IMG/VR virus record: IMGVR_UViG_3300030328_001039
Coordinates: 31,712-95,711 of that record
Source: a virus
Length of the DNA stretch: 64,000 nt
Direction: 5' to 3' (one strand)
The notes under the pieces are model-generated. The model searched no databases. It saw only the letters and a list, made by a program, of their open reading frames with translations, and had not been told where the DNA came from. Positions 41,695 through 52,021 of the stretch are shown piece after piece; the stretch's first letter is position 1, and each line of letters opens with the position of its first letter. The translations under genes were made by a program, and so were the position numbers.

Positions 41695-41718
41695 AATTTG
41701 ACCTCCCTATTGACCTAT

Positions 41719-42633
41719 TTACCATTTGCTACTCACAGGATTTTTACTGAAGAGTTCCTCAAGCCTATTTTTTACTCGCAATCGAATTGGAGTGCGAGGC
41801 TCAACTTGTTTAGGAGAATAGATTTGAGCAATCTGATTTAACTCAAAAATATCGAGTCCAGTTTCATATTCATTCTTGTGTAAAAAGCGTACCATGTCGT
41901 TTGTTGAAAGATTACTACCGCTATCCGGTATGAAAGGGCAACCACCTAAGCCACCAATGCTTGTGTCAAACTGGGTAATACCCCAGTCCAAAGCACTTTG
42001 GATATTTGGGAACATATTGTCCTTCTTGTCAGCCTTGTGATGGAGGTGTAATGCTATTTCAGAATCAATGTGTCTTGATAATTCAAGAGTTCGATGAATA
42101 AGAGAAGGATGTGCTTTACCTATGGTGTCACATAATACAACAGTGTCACCCATATGTTGTGCTGCTTGCATGGCTTCTAACAATTTATGCTCGTCTACTT
42201 TTTCATTAGGAGCACCAAAAGCGCATGAAATGTAAGCCCTGACATTTTTTGGGTCTGTCTCCTGTAGCATAGAGTCAAGTTCTGCGATTATATCATCCAT
42301 GCTTTTTCCTAAGTTTGCTTTGTTAAAGAACTCAGATGCAGAAAAGAATACATTGATTTTTTCAGCACCAACGGCCAATGCTCTATCCATTCCTTTTTGA
42401 TTTGGTACAAGAGTAGCAAAATTACCAATGTCTTGAGTTGCAGTAAATACTTCTTCTGCATCAGCCATATTAGGTACAAGTTTAGGATGCACAAAAGATG
42501 TAATTTCCATTTCCTTTAGACCAGCGTGGTAAAGACGATTTACCAAATCAATTTTATCAGAAGTAGGAGTAAACTCTTCGATGTTTTGTAGACCGTCACG
42601 AGGGCCAACTTCGTAGAGTTTTACATCACTCAT
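41719..42633 (-). CDS. hmgL: Hydroxymethylglutaryl-CoA lyase (DRE-TIM metallolyase)
   Basis: EVGPRDGLQN, SFVHPKLVPNMAD, LVPNQKG, LCDTIG, ALHLH and GGLGGCPF..GNL-like motifs are all present. Start set at MSDVKLYE. Confidence 0.9.
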   Translation of the reverse strand: MSDVKLYEVGPRDGLQNIEEFTPTSDKIDLVNRLYHAGLKEMEITSFVHPKLVPNMADAEEVFTATQDIGNFATLVPNQKGMDRALAVGAEKINVFFSASEFFNKANLGKSMDDIIAELDSMLQETDPKNVRAYISCAFGAPNEKVDEHKLLEAMQAAQHMGDTVVLCDTIGKAHPSLIHRTLELSRHIDSEIALHLHHKADKKDNMFPNIQSALDWGITQFDTSIGGLGGCPFIPDSGSNLSTNDMVRFLHKNEYETGLDIFELNQIAQIYSPKQVEPRTPIRLRVKNRLEELFSKNPVSSKW

Positions 42634-42898
42634 TTCTTTCCCACCCCTCTTCTGTTTGAGTGTAACCTGCTGTTGAGCGAGCATCCATTCTATTTGTTAG
42701 CCATGCCATAAAATGACCAACAGCAGCACCACCAAGCCCTGCTAAAAGACCTGTTTGGAGAACTTCAGGTGGGATTGGTAGAGCCTTCTTTTTTGTATCA
42801 GGGTCGGCGGCATGAGTAGGGTCTTTGTCACCTTTTTTACCAACTGAAATGATTAGTACCATTCCGTGTTTCTTTCCGCCTACTTTGCTTTCTTTCAT
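42626..42898 (-). CDS. Small protein with Gly-rich hydrophobic segment
   Basis: ATGA overlap with the terL stop. Contains the LLAGLGGAAVGHFMAWL segment. Confidence 0.55.
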   Translation of the reverse strand: MKESKVGGKKHGMVLIISVGKKGDKDPTHAADPDTKKKALPIPPEVLQTGLLAGLGGAAVGHFMAWLTNRMDARSTAGYTQTEEGWERNE

Positions 42899-44379
42899 GG
42901 TATCATCCATCCATTATTTGGTCTGCCTGTGATAATGTTATCAAGACCGGGTAATATGTCATCAAGCAAGACAATAGAGCCTTTGAACTCTTTTGTACCC
43001 CAGTTTGCTAGAGCAAGAGACATAGCCAAGTCATCGTGTACTCCTACGCTCTCTAGTCTACCGTTTTTCTGCATTCCAAATCTGTTCAATTCCTCTTCTA
43101 ACTTATGTGTAAATTGTCTACTTTTTTCGTTACCGTATGGTGTCTTGATTTGCCCCTGTTCAAAAGCCATGAGTAGGGACATGAAGAGGCTTTCCTTTCT
43201 TGTCTTGGTTGTCATAAAGGTTCTGATAGGAATATCTTCACGCATTTCTTTGAGTTCCATAGCGAACATACGCTGAAAGTTGTTACCTTCAAGTTCAATT
43301 AAATCAGGTTGGAATCTTTGATTCAATAGAATAATCTGACGCTTCTGCGCTACAGAACTCATACCACGCTCATGCACTATGCCAACGATTTGTTTGACAT
43401 TATCATCAGGTGGAGTACGCAATACAGTCATAGCAGTAAAGTCAGCATTCTTATCAGATGCAATCGCTGTGTCCCAGCCGATGAAGTGCTGACCAAACAA
43501 GCCCATACTATTCCCATCTTCGTCATATTCATGTTCAGCATGGTCGAGTAGGACTAGATTTTTGTCACGAGCCTTCTCAAGAATAGTCATTGGGAACATA
43601 CTCGCAACATCGTGGATTGGTTCGCAAAGATATTCACGAGTGAATTGAATCGCTGGCATGGATAATCGTCTTTGTGCCAATGCATCGAGACTCCAACGCT
43701 CAGGCCAAAGTGGTTCACCTTCTCGATTGATAGCGGGGTATGTCTCCACTTGGAATGTCTCTTTCTTTTCAAGTTCAGCGTACAAATCGTTGTAACTAAA
43801 CGGAGTTCCTACCATCATCATTTTTCCTGTGTGGTGGAGAACTGGTAATAGAACACCATAGAACCAGTCGGCTGCACGCTGTAGTTCACTACCAGTCGTA
43901 CCCCATAGAATATCGTCACATACTACAACATCAGGGTGGAAACCACGAGTACCTCCACCAACCGATTTCGCCATAATACGACTACCGTTAGTGAACTCAA
44001 AGTAGGTCTTTCGCCACGGTATACCACCGGGCTTTAGATGATGTAGACAAGGAGCACCATCTATGTTGTTACGAATAAAGCGCATATGCTCCAGTGTCTG
44101 TTCAAGAGAGTGACTGAATACCATAACATGCGTTTTGGGATTGAATGCTGCTAACCAAAGAGCATATGACATAAAGAATACAGATTTACCGTGGTCACGA
44201 GACGCTTTGACACAGTAATATCGGTTGTCTTTCAAACCTTCATCCCACTGAGCGTGGTGGTCAGCGTAGTCAAATCCTAGCACTGTTTCAAAAAAATACT
44301 TGAAAGAACGCTTAGACATATTAATGTCCATCTCAACAAGAAGTTCTTTCATTTGTGCTTCTTCATCACGCTTGCTCAT
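42895..44379 (-). CDS. terL: Terminase large subunit
   Basis: Walker A ASRDHGKS, Walker B VVVCDD, coupling motif VGTP, RNase H-like nuclease IGWDTA...HDDLAMSLALA. Confidence 0.95.
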   Translation of the reverse strand: MSKRDEEAQMKELLVEMDINMSKRSFKYFFETVLGFDYADHHAQWDEGLKDNRYYCVKASRDHGKSVFFMSYALWLAAFNPKTHVMVFSHSLEQTLEHMRFIRNNIDGAPCLHHLKPGGIPWRKTYFEFTNGSRIMAKSVGGGTRGFHPDVVVCDDILWGTTGSELQRAADWFYGVLLPVLHHTGKMMMVGTPFSYNDLYAELEKKETFQVETYPAINREGEPLWPERWSLDALAQRRLSMPAIQFTREYLCEPIHDVASMFPMTILEKARDKNLVLLDHAEHEYDEDGNSMGLFGQHFIGWDTAIASDKNADFTAMTVLRTPPDDNVKQIVGIVHERGMSSVAQKRQIILLNQRFQPDLIELEGNNFQRMFAMELKEMREDIPIRTFMTTKTRKESLFMSLLMAFEQGQIKTPYGNEKSRQFTHKLEEELNRFGMQKNGRLESVGVHDDLAMSLALANWGTKEFKGSIVLLDDILPGLDNIITGRPNNGWMIP

Positions 44380-45707
44380 CAGACCACCCCGATAAGTTGC
44401 ATAGGATTGAAAGATTTCTTCTTTGTCATAGATTTACCCGCCATTGATTCTTCAGTATCAGTTTTTTTAGCAGCATCTGTTTGCTCTTTGATGTGCTCAC
44501 CTGCTTCAGTATCTTTAACCCCTACAGTATTATCACCGATTACATTACCAACATCTTCAGGAGTAGGCTCAGTAGACTCAGTTGTAGGTGGAGCAACTTT
44601 GACATTTCTCGCTTGTTGGGCGGCTACTTCTGGTCGTGGGGTTGCTCCAACATCAAGACCGGGTGACCCTCCATCTATAGCGACCATTCCATCTTTTCTT
44701 TCTACTTGCTGAGGCATACCCATATCGTCTATATCTGCGGCTACAGTATTAACGCTCGTGTCACGACCTATATTTTCATTGACTCTTTGTTTAGCCCCTC
44801 CTTGCGACCTTGCTCTCGCACCGGGGTTGCTAGCACGAGCACCAAACTGAACTGGTAAACCGTGTTTATCAGTAGTCATAATTTTTTTCGGCCCTGCGTA
44901 ATATTCTGTCATTTGCTGTTCATCGTGAGTAGGAGTAGGGCTTGCTAAATTATGATTAAACTCAGTTTGTCGTAAATGTCGTTTGTCGTATGGTAGAACA
45001 CCAACAGACTTACCAGCCACTTTTGCTGCTGCTCCACCAAGACCTTCACCCAAAGGTTTCTGCATTGTATCAGAAGTAAATTGACCAGTCTGATATGCAC
45101 CAAGACCACCTGAAAGTGCATCTTGACCAGTAGCACCAGCATTAGCGAGCGAGACTAAGCCTGAGAGAACACCAACTCCTCTTGCTAATCCTCTACCAAA
45201 CCTGTCACCAAGTTCACCAGCCTTTGCTCCTCTTTCAAACGCTACTTGAGCAGCAGATTTACCAGTGTCTGCTCCTCCTCCTTTTTCCTCTGATACATAC
45301 CTCATTGGGTTTAATTTACCCCTTTGATAACCTCCTTCTATTTCTCCAGTAACAGGATTTGTAGTAGGAATAGCACGACTCTGACCCTCTTTCAGTTTTC
45401 TTTGATTCATTTGATTAATGGATTGAGCACCATATTTGTCACCAAGGTGCGAACCAAGTTCGTTACCTGTTTGTACCATTTCCCCTTTTTCATTTTGTTT
45501 TGTTTCCATAACTGGTGTTGCTTGATAAGCACCAGTTACTGGGTGTTGTGATAGACCAGCCATACCTTGAGGATTTACACCGGGAAACTGTTGTGGCTGT
45601 GCTTCTTGAGATTGAGAGCCAATCATCATCATAGGCGTTATTTGAGCACCCCCCATTGGCATACCCATTTGCATAGACGATTGCTTACGAACTAAGATGC
45701 TACCCAT
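44379..45707 (-). CDS. Low-complexity G/Q/M-rich protein, possible internal/ejection protein
   Basis: Gly-rich amphipathic segment (GLARGVGVLSGLVSLANAG) and an N-terminal SILVRK motif. Confidence 0.6.
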   Translation of the reverse strand: MGSILVRKQSSMQMGMPMGGAQITPMMMIGSQSQEAQPQQFPGVNPQGMAGLSQHPVTGAYQATPVMETKQNEKGEMVQTGNELGSHLGDKYGAQSINQMNQRKLKEGQSRAIPTTNPVTGEIEGGYQRGKLNPMRYVSEEKGGGADTGKSAAQVAFERGAKAGELGDRFGRGLARGVGVLSGLVSLANAGATGQDALSGGLGAYQTGQFTSDTMQKPLGEGLGGAAAKVAGKSVGVLPYDKRHLRQTEFNHNLASPTPTHDEQQMTEYYAGPKKIMTTDKHGLPVQFGARASNPGARARSQGGAKQRVNENIGRDTSVNTVAADIDDMGMPQQVERKDGMVAIDGGSPGLDVGATPRPEVAAQQARNVKVAPPTTESTEPTPEDVGNVIGDNTVGVKDTEAGEHIKEQTDAAKKTDTEESMAGKSMTKKKSFNPMQLIGVV

Positions 45708-48043
45708 CAGACACCACCTACACTTACTTTGACTACCTTAACGACATCAGTAGAAACATTGAGTCGCTTTGCGATTCTCTCCCAGTCACCAGTGGCATAC
45801 GCAATTGAGCGAATATCAACTGGCGTTAGGTCTACACTCTTGGCAAGATGATGAACACCTGATAGGTCTGCAACATTGATTGGTCGAACCAGTGCGTGTT
45901 TCATAATCTTAGAATCAGCACGAGCATCATCCATCTGCATATCCTCCATAGCCTTCATCACTCTATCCATAGGTGAGAGTTCTTGTGATTGTGATTTCAT
46001 GTATTGGGTGAGCAAACGCTGTCGTGGGTCGCCCATTGTTTGTTGATACATTTGCTCTTGAGGGGATAGTTGCATACCTTGTCCTTGAGGTACTCTTGCG
46101 CCAGCCGCTTGTATAATTCTACGGAGAGATGCTGGTTCAGCCACGCCAACATGCCTTCGTGCTGCTACTAACTCAGGGCTTTGCGGTGTAAATGTTGGTG
46201 CTCCCCTTGGGGGTACTGACGGGGTTGAAGCAGCCGCTGGGGGAGCAGCAGCGGCTGGAGGTGGAGATGGGGCGGCAGCAGCAGGTCTTGGTGCTGCTGG
46301 AGCAGAAGGAGGTCTTTCTGTTGCTGGAGCAGTTCTTGAAGTGCTCATACTAGGAGCAAGAGATACATCATTGTAGAATGGAACATGAGCAGGTAGTCTT
46401 TCAACTAATTCATCAGGGTATGTCATGTAACGAGAAGATAGACCACCAGTTGGGAGAGTATCAGGTAATTGTCTACGAGTTTGATGACCAAATGCTTCAC
46501 TTACCAAATCAGCCAAAGCCTCAGTTGCCTGTCTGCGTTGTTCAACAGTTTCGTAACTCTGAAGATTTAATCCCAATCCTTGAATTACGCCAGCGTCAAT
46601 GTTACCTTCGGCATCTCTTGGCATATAGGCTCGTAATGCGCTATCGTGTTCATCATGAGTACCACTCAACATAGCCTTAGCATAGAACTCAGCAGCGTTC
46701 TTATGTGTTCCCAATCCTTGTGTAGTTTTTTGACCATCAAGAGTTTCTAGGTGTTTACCCGGAATAGCGTGTGAGTTTATCGCATCGAATCCAACATCAT
46801 GGTCTTTTCCAAATGCTTGAAGAATATGGTCAAACGCTCTTTTTCCTATACCGGGCTTTGCTGCTGACCCACTGTTAATACGACCAAACAACATATTGAA
46901 TGCTGGAGTTCTTGATAGTTCTTTTAGCATACCTTCAGTAAGAGTTGGTGTCCTCAATACTGTTCTAAGGTTCATCATAGTGTATCTAGGTTTTCCCGTA
47001 GTTCCCGGTGTAGTATTAATTGGAACATCAACATCAGGCACCTTATTAGGGTCAATGACTTTTAACGCCTCAGCGATATGGATTCTAGCACTATCAATAC
47101 CATTACTTAACCCAGTTTGCTGTCGATTACTCATCATGTGCATAAAGTCAGGAGTGTGATTCATAATCTCCCAAGACCGGATTCCAGTATGGGCTGCATC
47201 GTGAACGACACCGGGAGGAGCATTAGTAATGTGGAGACTTGGTAACATATACCCTTCAGAGGTCTGCATAATTTTATCCCCACCTCTACCACGAATACGA
47301 TTACCACGAGGGTGTAAATCCTTAATGTCAATATGAGGATTGTCAATAAACTCAGCACCGACTAAATCTTTCAGCCCAAGTTTTTCTAGTAGTATCTTTT
47401 GTAAATTATGATTGTAAGGAACAGCATATGATTCAATCATAGCACCTACTTTTTCGTTACGGTTTTGACGATTAGTATATGCTGTAATGTAGTCACCACT
47501 TTGAGACACATGAGCACGAGTTGTAGGTTTACGACCACCATAGCCAGCAACACGAATCTTTCGATGTTTTATATCATCAACATCAGGAATATTATGATAC
47601 CCGCTTTTATCTTCATGTTCTGCATTTGTCATATCAATTGCTGTTTGAACAAGATTTTGCGGAGTAAGAACTCCTAACTCCGGGTCATTTTGACCTAGCA
47701 ATCCATTTTTCTCTAATGATTCACCTACAGCATGGAGTACACCATCAATACCGTGGTGATGTGACTCTCCGTTCTCATCTAGGTATACCATCTCACCATG
47801 TTTACCTGTAGCAAACTTACCGGGAATTAACTCACCCATACCGAAGTGTCCTGACGGGTGATGCTTTGCTGCACCATGATGTGCAAAAGCGGGTACATCG
47901 GGAGTATTAGGGTCAGGATGGAATGCTTCGGGAGGAGGAGCAGTCTTTAGATACGGCTCAAGTCGCCCTGTTTCGGGATTAGTGTAGTAACCGTAAACAC
48001 CGTCACCCTTGCGAATAATGGATTTGCGAACTAAGATACTCAA
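45707..48043 (-). CDS. Hypothetical 778-aa protein with Pro/Ala linker and C-terminal HTH-like segment
   Basis: Long ORF with N-terminal SILVRKS and C-terminal WERIAKRLNVSTDVV. Confidence 0.7.
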   Translation of the reverse strand: MSILVRKSIIRKGDGVYGYYTNPETGRLEPYLKTAPPPEAFHPDPNTPDVPAFAHHGAAKHHPSGHFGMGELIPGKFATGKHGEMVYLDENGESHHHGIDGVLHAVGESLEKNGLLGQNDPELGVLTPQNLVQTAIDMTNAEHEDKSGYHNIPDVDDIKHRKIRVAGYGGRKPTTRAHVSQSGDYITAYTNRQNRNEKVGAMIESYAVPYNHNLQKILLEKLGLKDLVGAEFIDNPHIDIKDLHPRGNRIRGRGGDKIMQTSEGYMLPSLHITNAPPGVVHDAAHTGIRSWEIMNHTPDFMHMMSNRQQTGLSNGIDSARIHIAEALKVIDPNKVPDVDVPINTTPGTTGKPRYTMMNLRTVLRTPTLTEGMLKELSRTPAFNMLFGRINSGSAAKPGIGKRAFDHILQAFGKDHDVGFDAINSHAIPGKHLETLDGQKTTQGLGTHKNAAEFYAKAMLSGTHDEHDSALRAYMPRDAEGNIDAGVIQGLGLNLQSYETVEQRRQATEALADLVSEAFGHQTRRQLPDTLPTGGLSSRYMTYPDELVERLPAHVPFYNDVSLAPSMSTSRTAPATERPPSAPAAPRPAAAAPSPPPAAAAPPAAASTPSVPPRGAPTFTPQSPELVAARRHVGVAEPASLRRIIQAAGARVPQGQGMQLSPQEQMYQQTMGDPRQRLLTQYMKSQSQELSPMDRVMKAMEDMQMDDARADSKIMKHALVRPINVADLSGVHHLAKSVDLTPVDIRSIAYATGDWERIAKRLNVSTDVVKVVKVSVGGV

Positions 48044-50883
48044 ACTCGCCCACTCCCTCTACCTACAAGAGCACCGGGGTCAAGCCCAAAATCTCGTGGC
48101 TCATTGTTTGCATCCTCTGTACCACCTTGGTTTCGATTTGTTTGTTTGGGATTATTGGCTGGGTAGTTGGGTAAAGTGCTCGCAGCACCAGCGGTGTCAG
48201 GTTCACCCTTACCTTTCTTTTTACTATCCTTGTCTTTCTTTTCACGCATCAATTCACGAATCTCTTTGAGAGCAATTCGCATCAATGCTGCTTGATATGC
48301 ATTCGCTTTGAGAATATCACTGTGCTGAGGAGTGTCCTCGCTCATTGTTATCATACCCGGCATCTTAGGTCGGACTAAGTGAGGCATCTTCATCTTAGGT
48401 GGTTGAATACTTGGAGCACGAACTGCATGTAGTCGTGGTCTTGGGACACGAGGATATTGTAGAGTGTTTGTCAAACGACCACCACCAGTTTGACCTGATA
48501 TGAATGAGCGTTGGCTATGTCTCATGTGTGGTGTGTATACTGTTCTTACACCGCCCAAGAGTTTACGAGCATCTTGTGAAGCAAGATAAGGTCTGTATTT
48601 TTGAGGGTCTTTAGATGGAGGTTGTTTACTAGCAAGACCTCGGTGTGAAAACTCAACGGAAAGGTGTGGCCTCATTAGCCCAGTTTTACGCCCCATCGGT
48701 AGATTACGACTGATATTTTTAGAGCGTCTTGATGAAATATTCCGAGGGTCGCCACCGCCCTTTGGTTTCTCAAACTGACCAGTAGATGGTCGCCACTTAG
48801 CATAACCCTCTTTCTTGCGTCTACGGGCTACACTACGCTTAGATTCTGATTTTTGGAGGTTTTGTTGTGAAGGATGTTCGCCTCTCGCCATATCAGTTTC
48901 TAAGTATTGGTCATAAACATCTCCTGTTATTTCGTGATACCTCCCACATTTAGGGCAAAATATGTCTACCAATTCTTTAGGGTTATCTTCAGGGCCACGA
49001 TAATGTGCTTCATAACTTCCATCGCATTCTTCTTCAGTATTGTCACAACGAGAACTTGGCCCTTTAGCGGAATAACCAACTGGTATCTGTTTCAACAAAG
49101 ACCAAGCAAAGTCCATAGGACTACTTTTTTTCACACGAGGGTCAGGGACTAATTGACCATTAACAAACGCCATTCCGGGTACTGGTGAATCTTGAATATC
49201 AGGTTCAGGTTCAGGTTCAGGTTCAGTGAATGGGCCGGGTGGTAGCATCTGAGAGGAGTACAATTGTCGATTATAAACAGTTTGAGGGTTCAGTTTAATT
49301 TTTCTAGCGACCTCTCTTAAATCAGCAATTTTATTTTTCTCATCCACAGTAGTGGGTAGTAGAGGTGTTTTATCATCATCCATTTCAGCCCTGTGTCTCA
49401 TCATTTCAGGATGGCTGCTATGTGCATATCGTAGCCATTCAGGAATACCCGCTGCTACATTTCTTTCTGCTCTATCCTCCGCATCTCGTCTTATTTTATG
49501 TGACAAACCTTGCCTCATGTGACCTCCTGAATGTCCTGAAGAAGCCCTTTTTCTATCAATATAACGCTGTGCTTCAATATCAGGATGGTGGTAATCTAAG
49601 GCTTCAGCCTCAGACATTTTGAGTAGTTGCCAAGCCAAGTCCATAGGCTCACCTGCTAGTTTATTTTGCCAATCATCATCAGGTTGCTCTTGCATCTGCG
49701 GCCCTAATAAATTACCAAGATAGTTTGCATGGGTATAGAGTGCGGCAAGATTACCTGCTATATGGGCCATAGGGTGTGCGTTACCTAATTCTTGGGTCAT
49801 CATAGCGTTTTTATGTTGGTCTACTAACCAACTTGGTAATTCATGCCCTCGCCCATCTAAGGTTTCGCTTAAATAAATCAATGAGTTTCTATGTTCCATT
49901 AAAGAGTCCATAGATTCTTGCGCTCCCCAAATATGCCGGTCATTATGCATCTGATTCATCATATCGGGGTCACCATGTATATGATTATCAAATCCTAACC
50001 CCTCCATCATACCCATATCTACCATATTGCTAATCGTAGGCATATCAAAGCCCATTATTTGTTTAAGCCATGTCTCTTTAGGTGTTTTTGATATATCATC
50101 AAAATTAATACGATGGCCTTCTTCCTCTTCCTTTAGTAATTGATAAGCCAAGTCCATAGGCTCACCTGCTAGTTTTTGACTAGAAAGGAAATCCGCAATA
50201 CTTTGTTTAAGTTCCTCTTCTTCTCTCTCTTTGTCAGTAACCGCTGGTTCAGGTTTTTCATAGAAGCCGGGAGATTCTCTAAGTTCTTCAATTTCATCTT
50301 GTAGTTCTTCACCCGCTTCGTTATGCATTATTTCTTTTTCAAACTCAGGGTCAAGATTTTGGCGAGGGTCACGAGGATTACCATCATAGTCATAGTAAAA
50401 CTCTTCATCGTAGAGGTCATCGTCATCGTCATCGTCATCGTATTTCAATAACCGCCAAGCCAAATCCATAGGCTCAGACATCTGAATCATTTGACCCCCA
50501 GCAGCACCCGGCCCTTTTGCTCCCATAGCAAGACTTGTTAGGAATCCACCAGCACCGCTTGGCATAGTTTGGTCTGATGGATTATCAGTAGAACCACGAG
50601 GCTTGAACTTCTCTTCTTCTTCGTCTACATCTTCTGTAGGTTTTTCGCCCTCAAGACCAAGATGATGTGAACGGACTTTGATATGACGGATTTTCTTATC
50701 TTCTTTTTCCTCTCGTTCTCGCTTGGCTTGTTTTTTGTCTCTGCGTCTTTCCTTGCTTTTAGCATCTTCAATACCGCTTGGTGGCCTTTCATCTTCGTGA
50801 TTAGCCCTAAACATTTCAGAGGACTCTGAGCGAGGGTTGTATATCCTCGTATCAGAGGTTCGGCCTTGCATACCCTCCGTCAT
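48040..50883 (-). CDS. Modular polyprotein-like protein with four (E/S)PMDxAW/YxLLK motifs
   Basis: Motifs at 50443-50475, 50131-50163, 49618-49650 and 49090-49122 separate compositionally distinct modules (acidic, His/Met-rich, Zn-finger, basic). Confidence 0.8.
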   Translation of the reverse strand: MTEGMQGRTSDTRIYNPRSESSEMFRANHEDERPPSGIEDAKSKERRRDKKQAKREREEKEDKKIRHIKVRSHHLGLEGEKPTEDVDEEEEKFKPRGSTDNPSDQTMPSGAGGFLTSLAMGAKGPGAAGGQMIQMSEPMDLAWRLLKYDDDDDDDDLYDEEFYYDYDGNPRDPRQNLDPEFEKEIMHNEAGEELQDEIEELRESPGFYEKPEPAVTDKEREEEELKQSIADFLSSQKLAGEPMDLAYQLLKEEEEGHRINFDDISKTPKETWLKQIMGFDMPTISNMVDMGMMEGLGFDNHIHGDPDMMNQMHNDRHIWGAQESMDSLMEHRNSLIYLSETLDGRGHELPSWLVDQHKNAMMTQELGNAHPMAHIAGNLAALYTHANYLGNLLGPQMQEQPDDDWQNKLAGEPMDLAWQLLKMSEAEALDYHHPDIEAQRYIDRKRASSGHSGGHMRQGLSHKIRRDAEDRAERNVAAGIPEWLRYAHSSHPEMMRHRAEMDDDKTPLLPTTVDEKNKIADLREVARKIKLNPQTVYNRQLYSSQMLPPGPFTEPEPEPEPDIQDSPVPGMAFVNGQLVPDPRVKKSSPMDFAWSLLKQIPVGYSAKGPSSRCDNTEEECDGSYEAHYRGPEDNPKELVDIFCPKCGRYHEITGDVYDQYLETDMARGEHPSQQNLQKSESKRSVARRRKKEGYAKWRPSTGQFEKPKGGGDPRNISSRRSKNISRNLPMGRKTGLMRPHLSVEFSHRGLASKQPPSKDPQKYRPYLASQDARKLLGGVRTVYTPHMRHSQRSFISGQTGGGRLTNTLQYPRVPRPRLHAVRAPSIQPPKMKMPHLVRPKMPGMITMSEDTPQHSDILKANAYQAALMRIALKEIRELMREKKDKDSKKKGKGEPDTAGAASTLPNYPANNPKQTNRNQGGTEDANNEPRDFGLDPGALVGRGSGRV

Positions 50884-51281
50884 GTATTATCCCCCATGAT
50901 ATGGTATTCAAAACACTGTCGCAACTTTTCGCTTATTTTTCTATAGAATGACATTATTCTCGGACTATCTTGAAACGCCGAAGTCATGTTTTCCATCGTA
51001 TATTCAAACTCCTCAAGCAAGCGAGGTATAAGATTGTAAGCAGGGAAAAATGTAGTAGGGTTATCATCTTCAAATACGGTTTCAAAAGACTTTGCTAACA
51101 ACTTGAATAAATCAGGTGGTGTGATATTTAGTTCACCATAGTGCTCAAATCTTTCTATGACGCAGCGACAAAAATCAAGATACATCGGTACATGACTTTC
51201 AAAAATAACCAATTCACTATCTACCATTGAATAACCCGGATGGGTCATCTGCAACAAATCAGGCACTGGAACTGGCATCAA
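50880..51281 (-). CDS. Hypothetical protein
   Basis: 4-nt start/stop overlaps with both neighbours. Confidence 0.65.
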   Translation of the reverse strand: MMPVPVPDLLQMTHPGYSMVDSELVIFESHVPMYLDFCRCVIERFEHYGELNITPPDLFKLLAKSFETVFEDDNPTTFFPAYNLIPRLLEEFEYTMENMTSAFQDSPRIMSFYRKISEKLRQCFEYHIMGDNT

Positions 51282-51961
51282 TTCATATCACCTGCGTGCT
51301 CTAATAGTTGTTTACGAACTCTAGCCCAAGATTCAGGACTCTCTTTTCCAAGTTCAAGTTTGAGAATGTTAATTGTGTTGTTAATTTGGTTGTTTTCAGT
51401 TGTAGGACTCCATTGTTCATTCATCTTCAATAAGTCCTTTATTGATTCTCTGACTTCTTTGTGTAGAGAAACTGCGTCTCTAACAAAACCATCTTCATGC
51501 ACGCTACCCTCATTTAGTAACTCAGTTAGTTTAACATTAAGTAATTCAACATTTGACCTAAGCGCATTGATTTCTTCTCCCACCACTAATGTAATTTCAG
51601 CGGCTGCGCTTCTTTGAACTAAAGGTTGAAAGTGATGTTTCATATGATGGTAGACTGATGACTCAGCAATTTCAAGTTCCTCAGCAATAGCCTCGGATTC
51701 AGAGCCATCTTCAAAAAATCTACGCTCAAAATCAGCCCTTTCGGGGTGAGCGCATACTTTGCATTGAGGGTTAGAAGCCATATGATATTGACCCATGTGA
51801 TTACGGAAATGACGGTCAGTTGTGTTGAGCCGCCAGCCCATATCTTTGTCAAGTTGTTTAGGTGATATTTCACCATCAAGCAGACCCTTTTCTAAATCGG
51901 CACGACTAGGATGTTGGCACAAAGGGCAAGACCTTTTTGTGATACCACCACCCTCCGCCAT
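51278..51961 (-). CDS. Tandem Zn-finger/HTH protein, candidate terminase small subunit
   Basis: Two copies of CxxCxHP-x~30-HxxxH enclosing HTH-like helices, then a coiled-coil. Located upstream of terL. Confidence 0.55.
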   Translation of the reverse strand: MAEGGGITKRSCPLCQHPSRADLEKGLLDGEISPKQLDKDMGWRLNTTDRHFRNHMGQYHMASNPQCKVCAHPERADFERRFFEDGSESEAIAEELEIAESSVYHHMKHHFQPLVQRSAAAEITLVVGEEINALRSNVELLNVKLTELLNEGSVHEDGFVRDAVSLHKEVRESIKDLLKMNEQWSPTTENNQINNTINILKLELGKESPESWARVRKQLLEHAGDMN

Positions 51962-52021
51962 GACACGCTTAAAGCAGCATTACCCATAATGCTTTTTCTC
52001 CTGAACCTTTTCGGAGGTATT

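Noticed and set aside
49199-50441. (tcaggt)n and (gtcatc)n microsatellites
   Set aside because: They simply encode EPEPEP and poly-Asp linkers. They are in-frame hexamers with no phase-variation potential.
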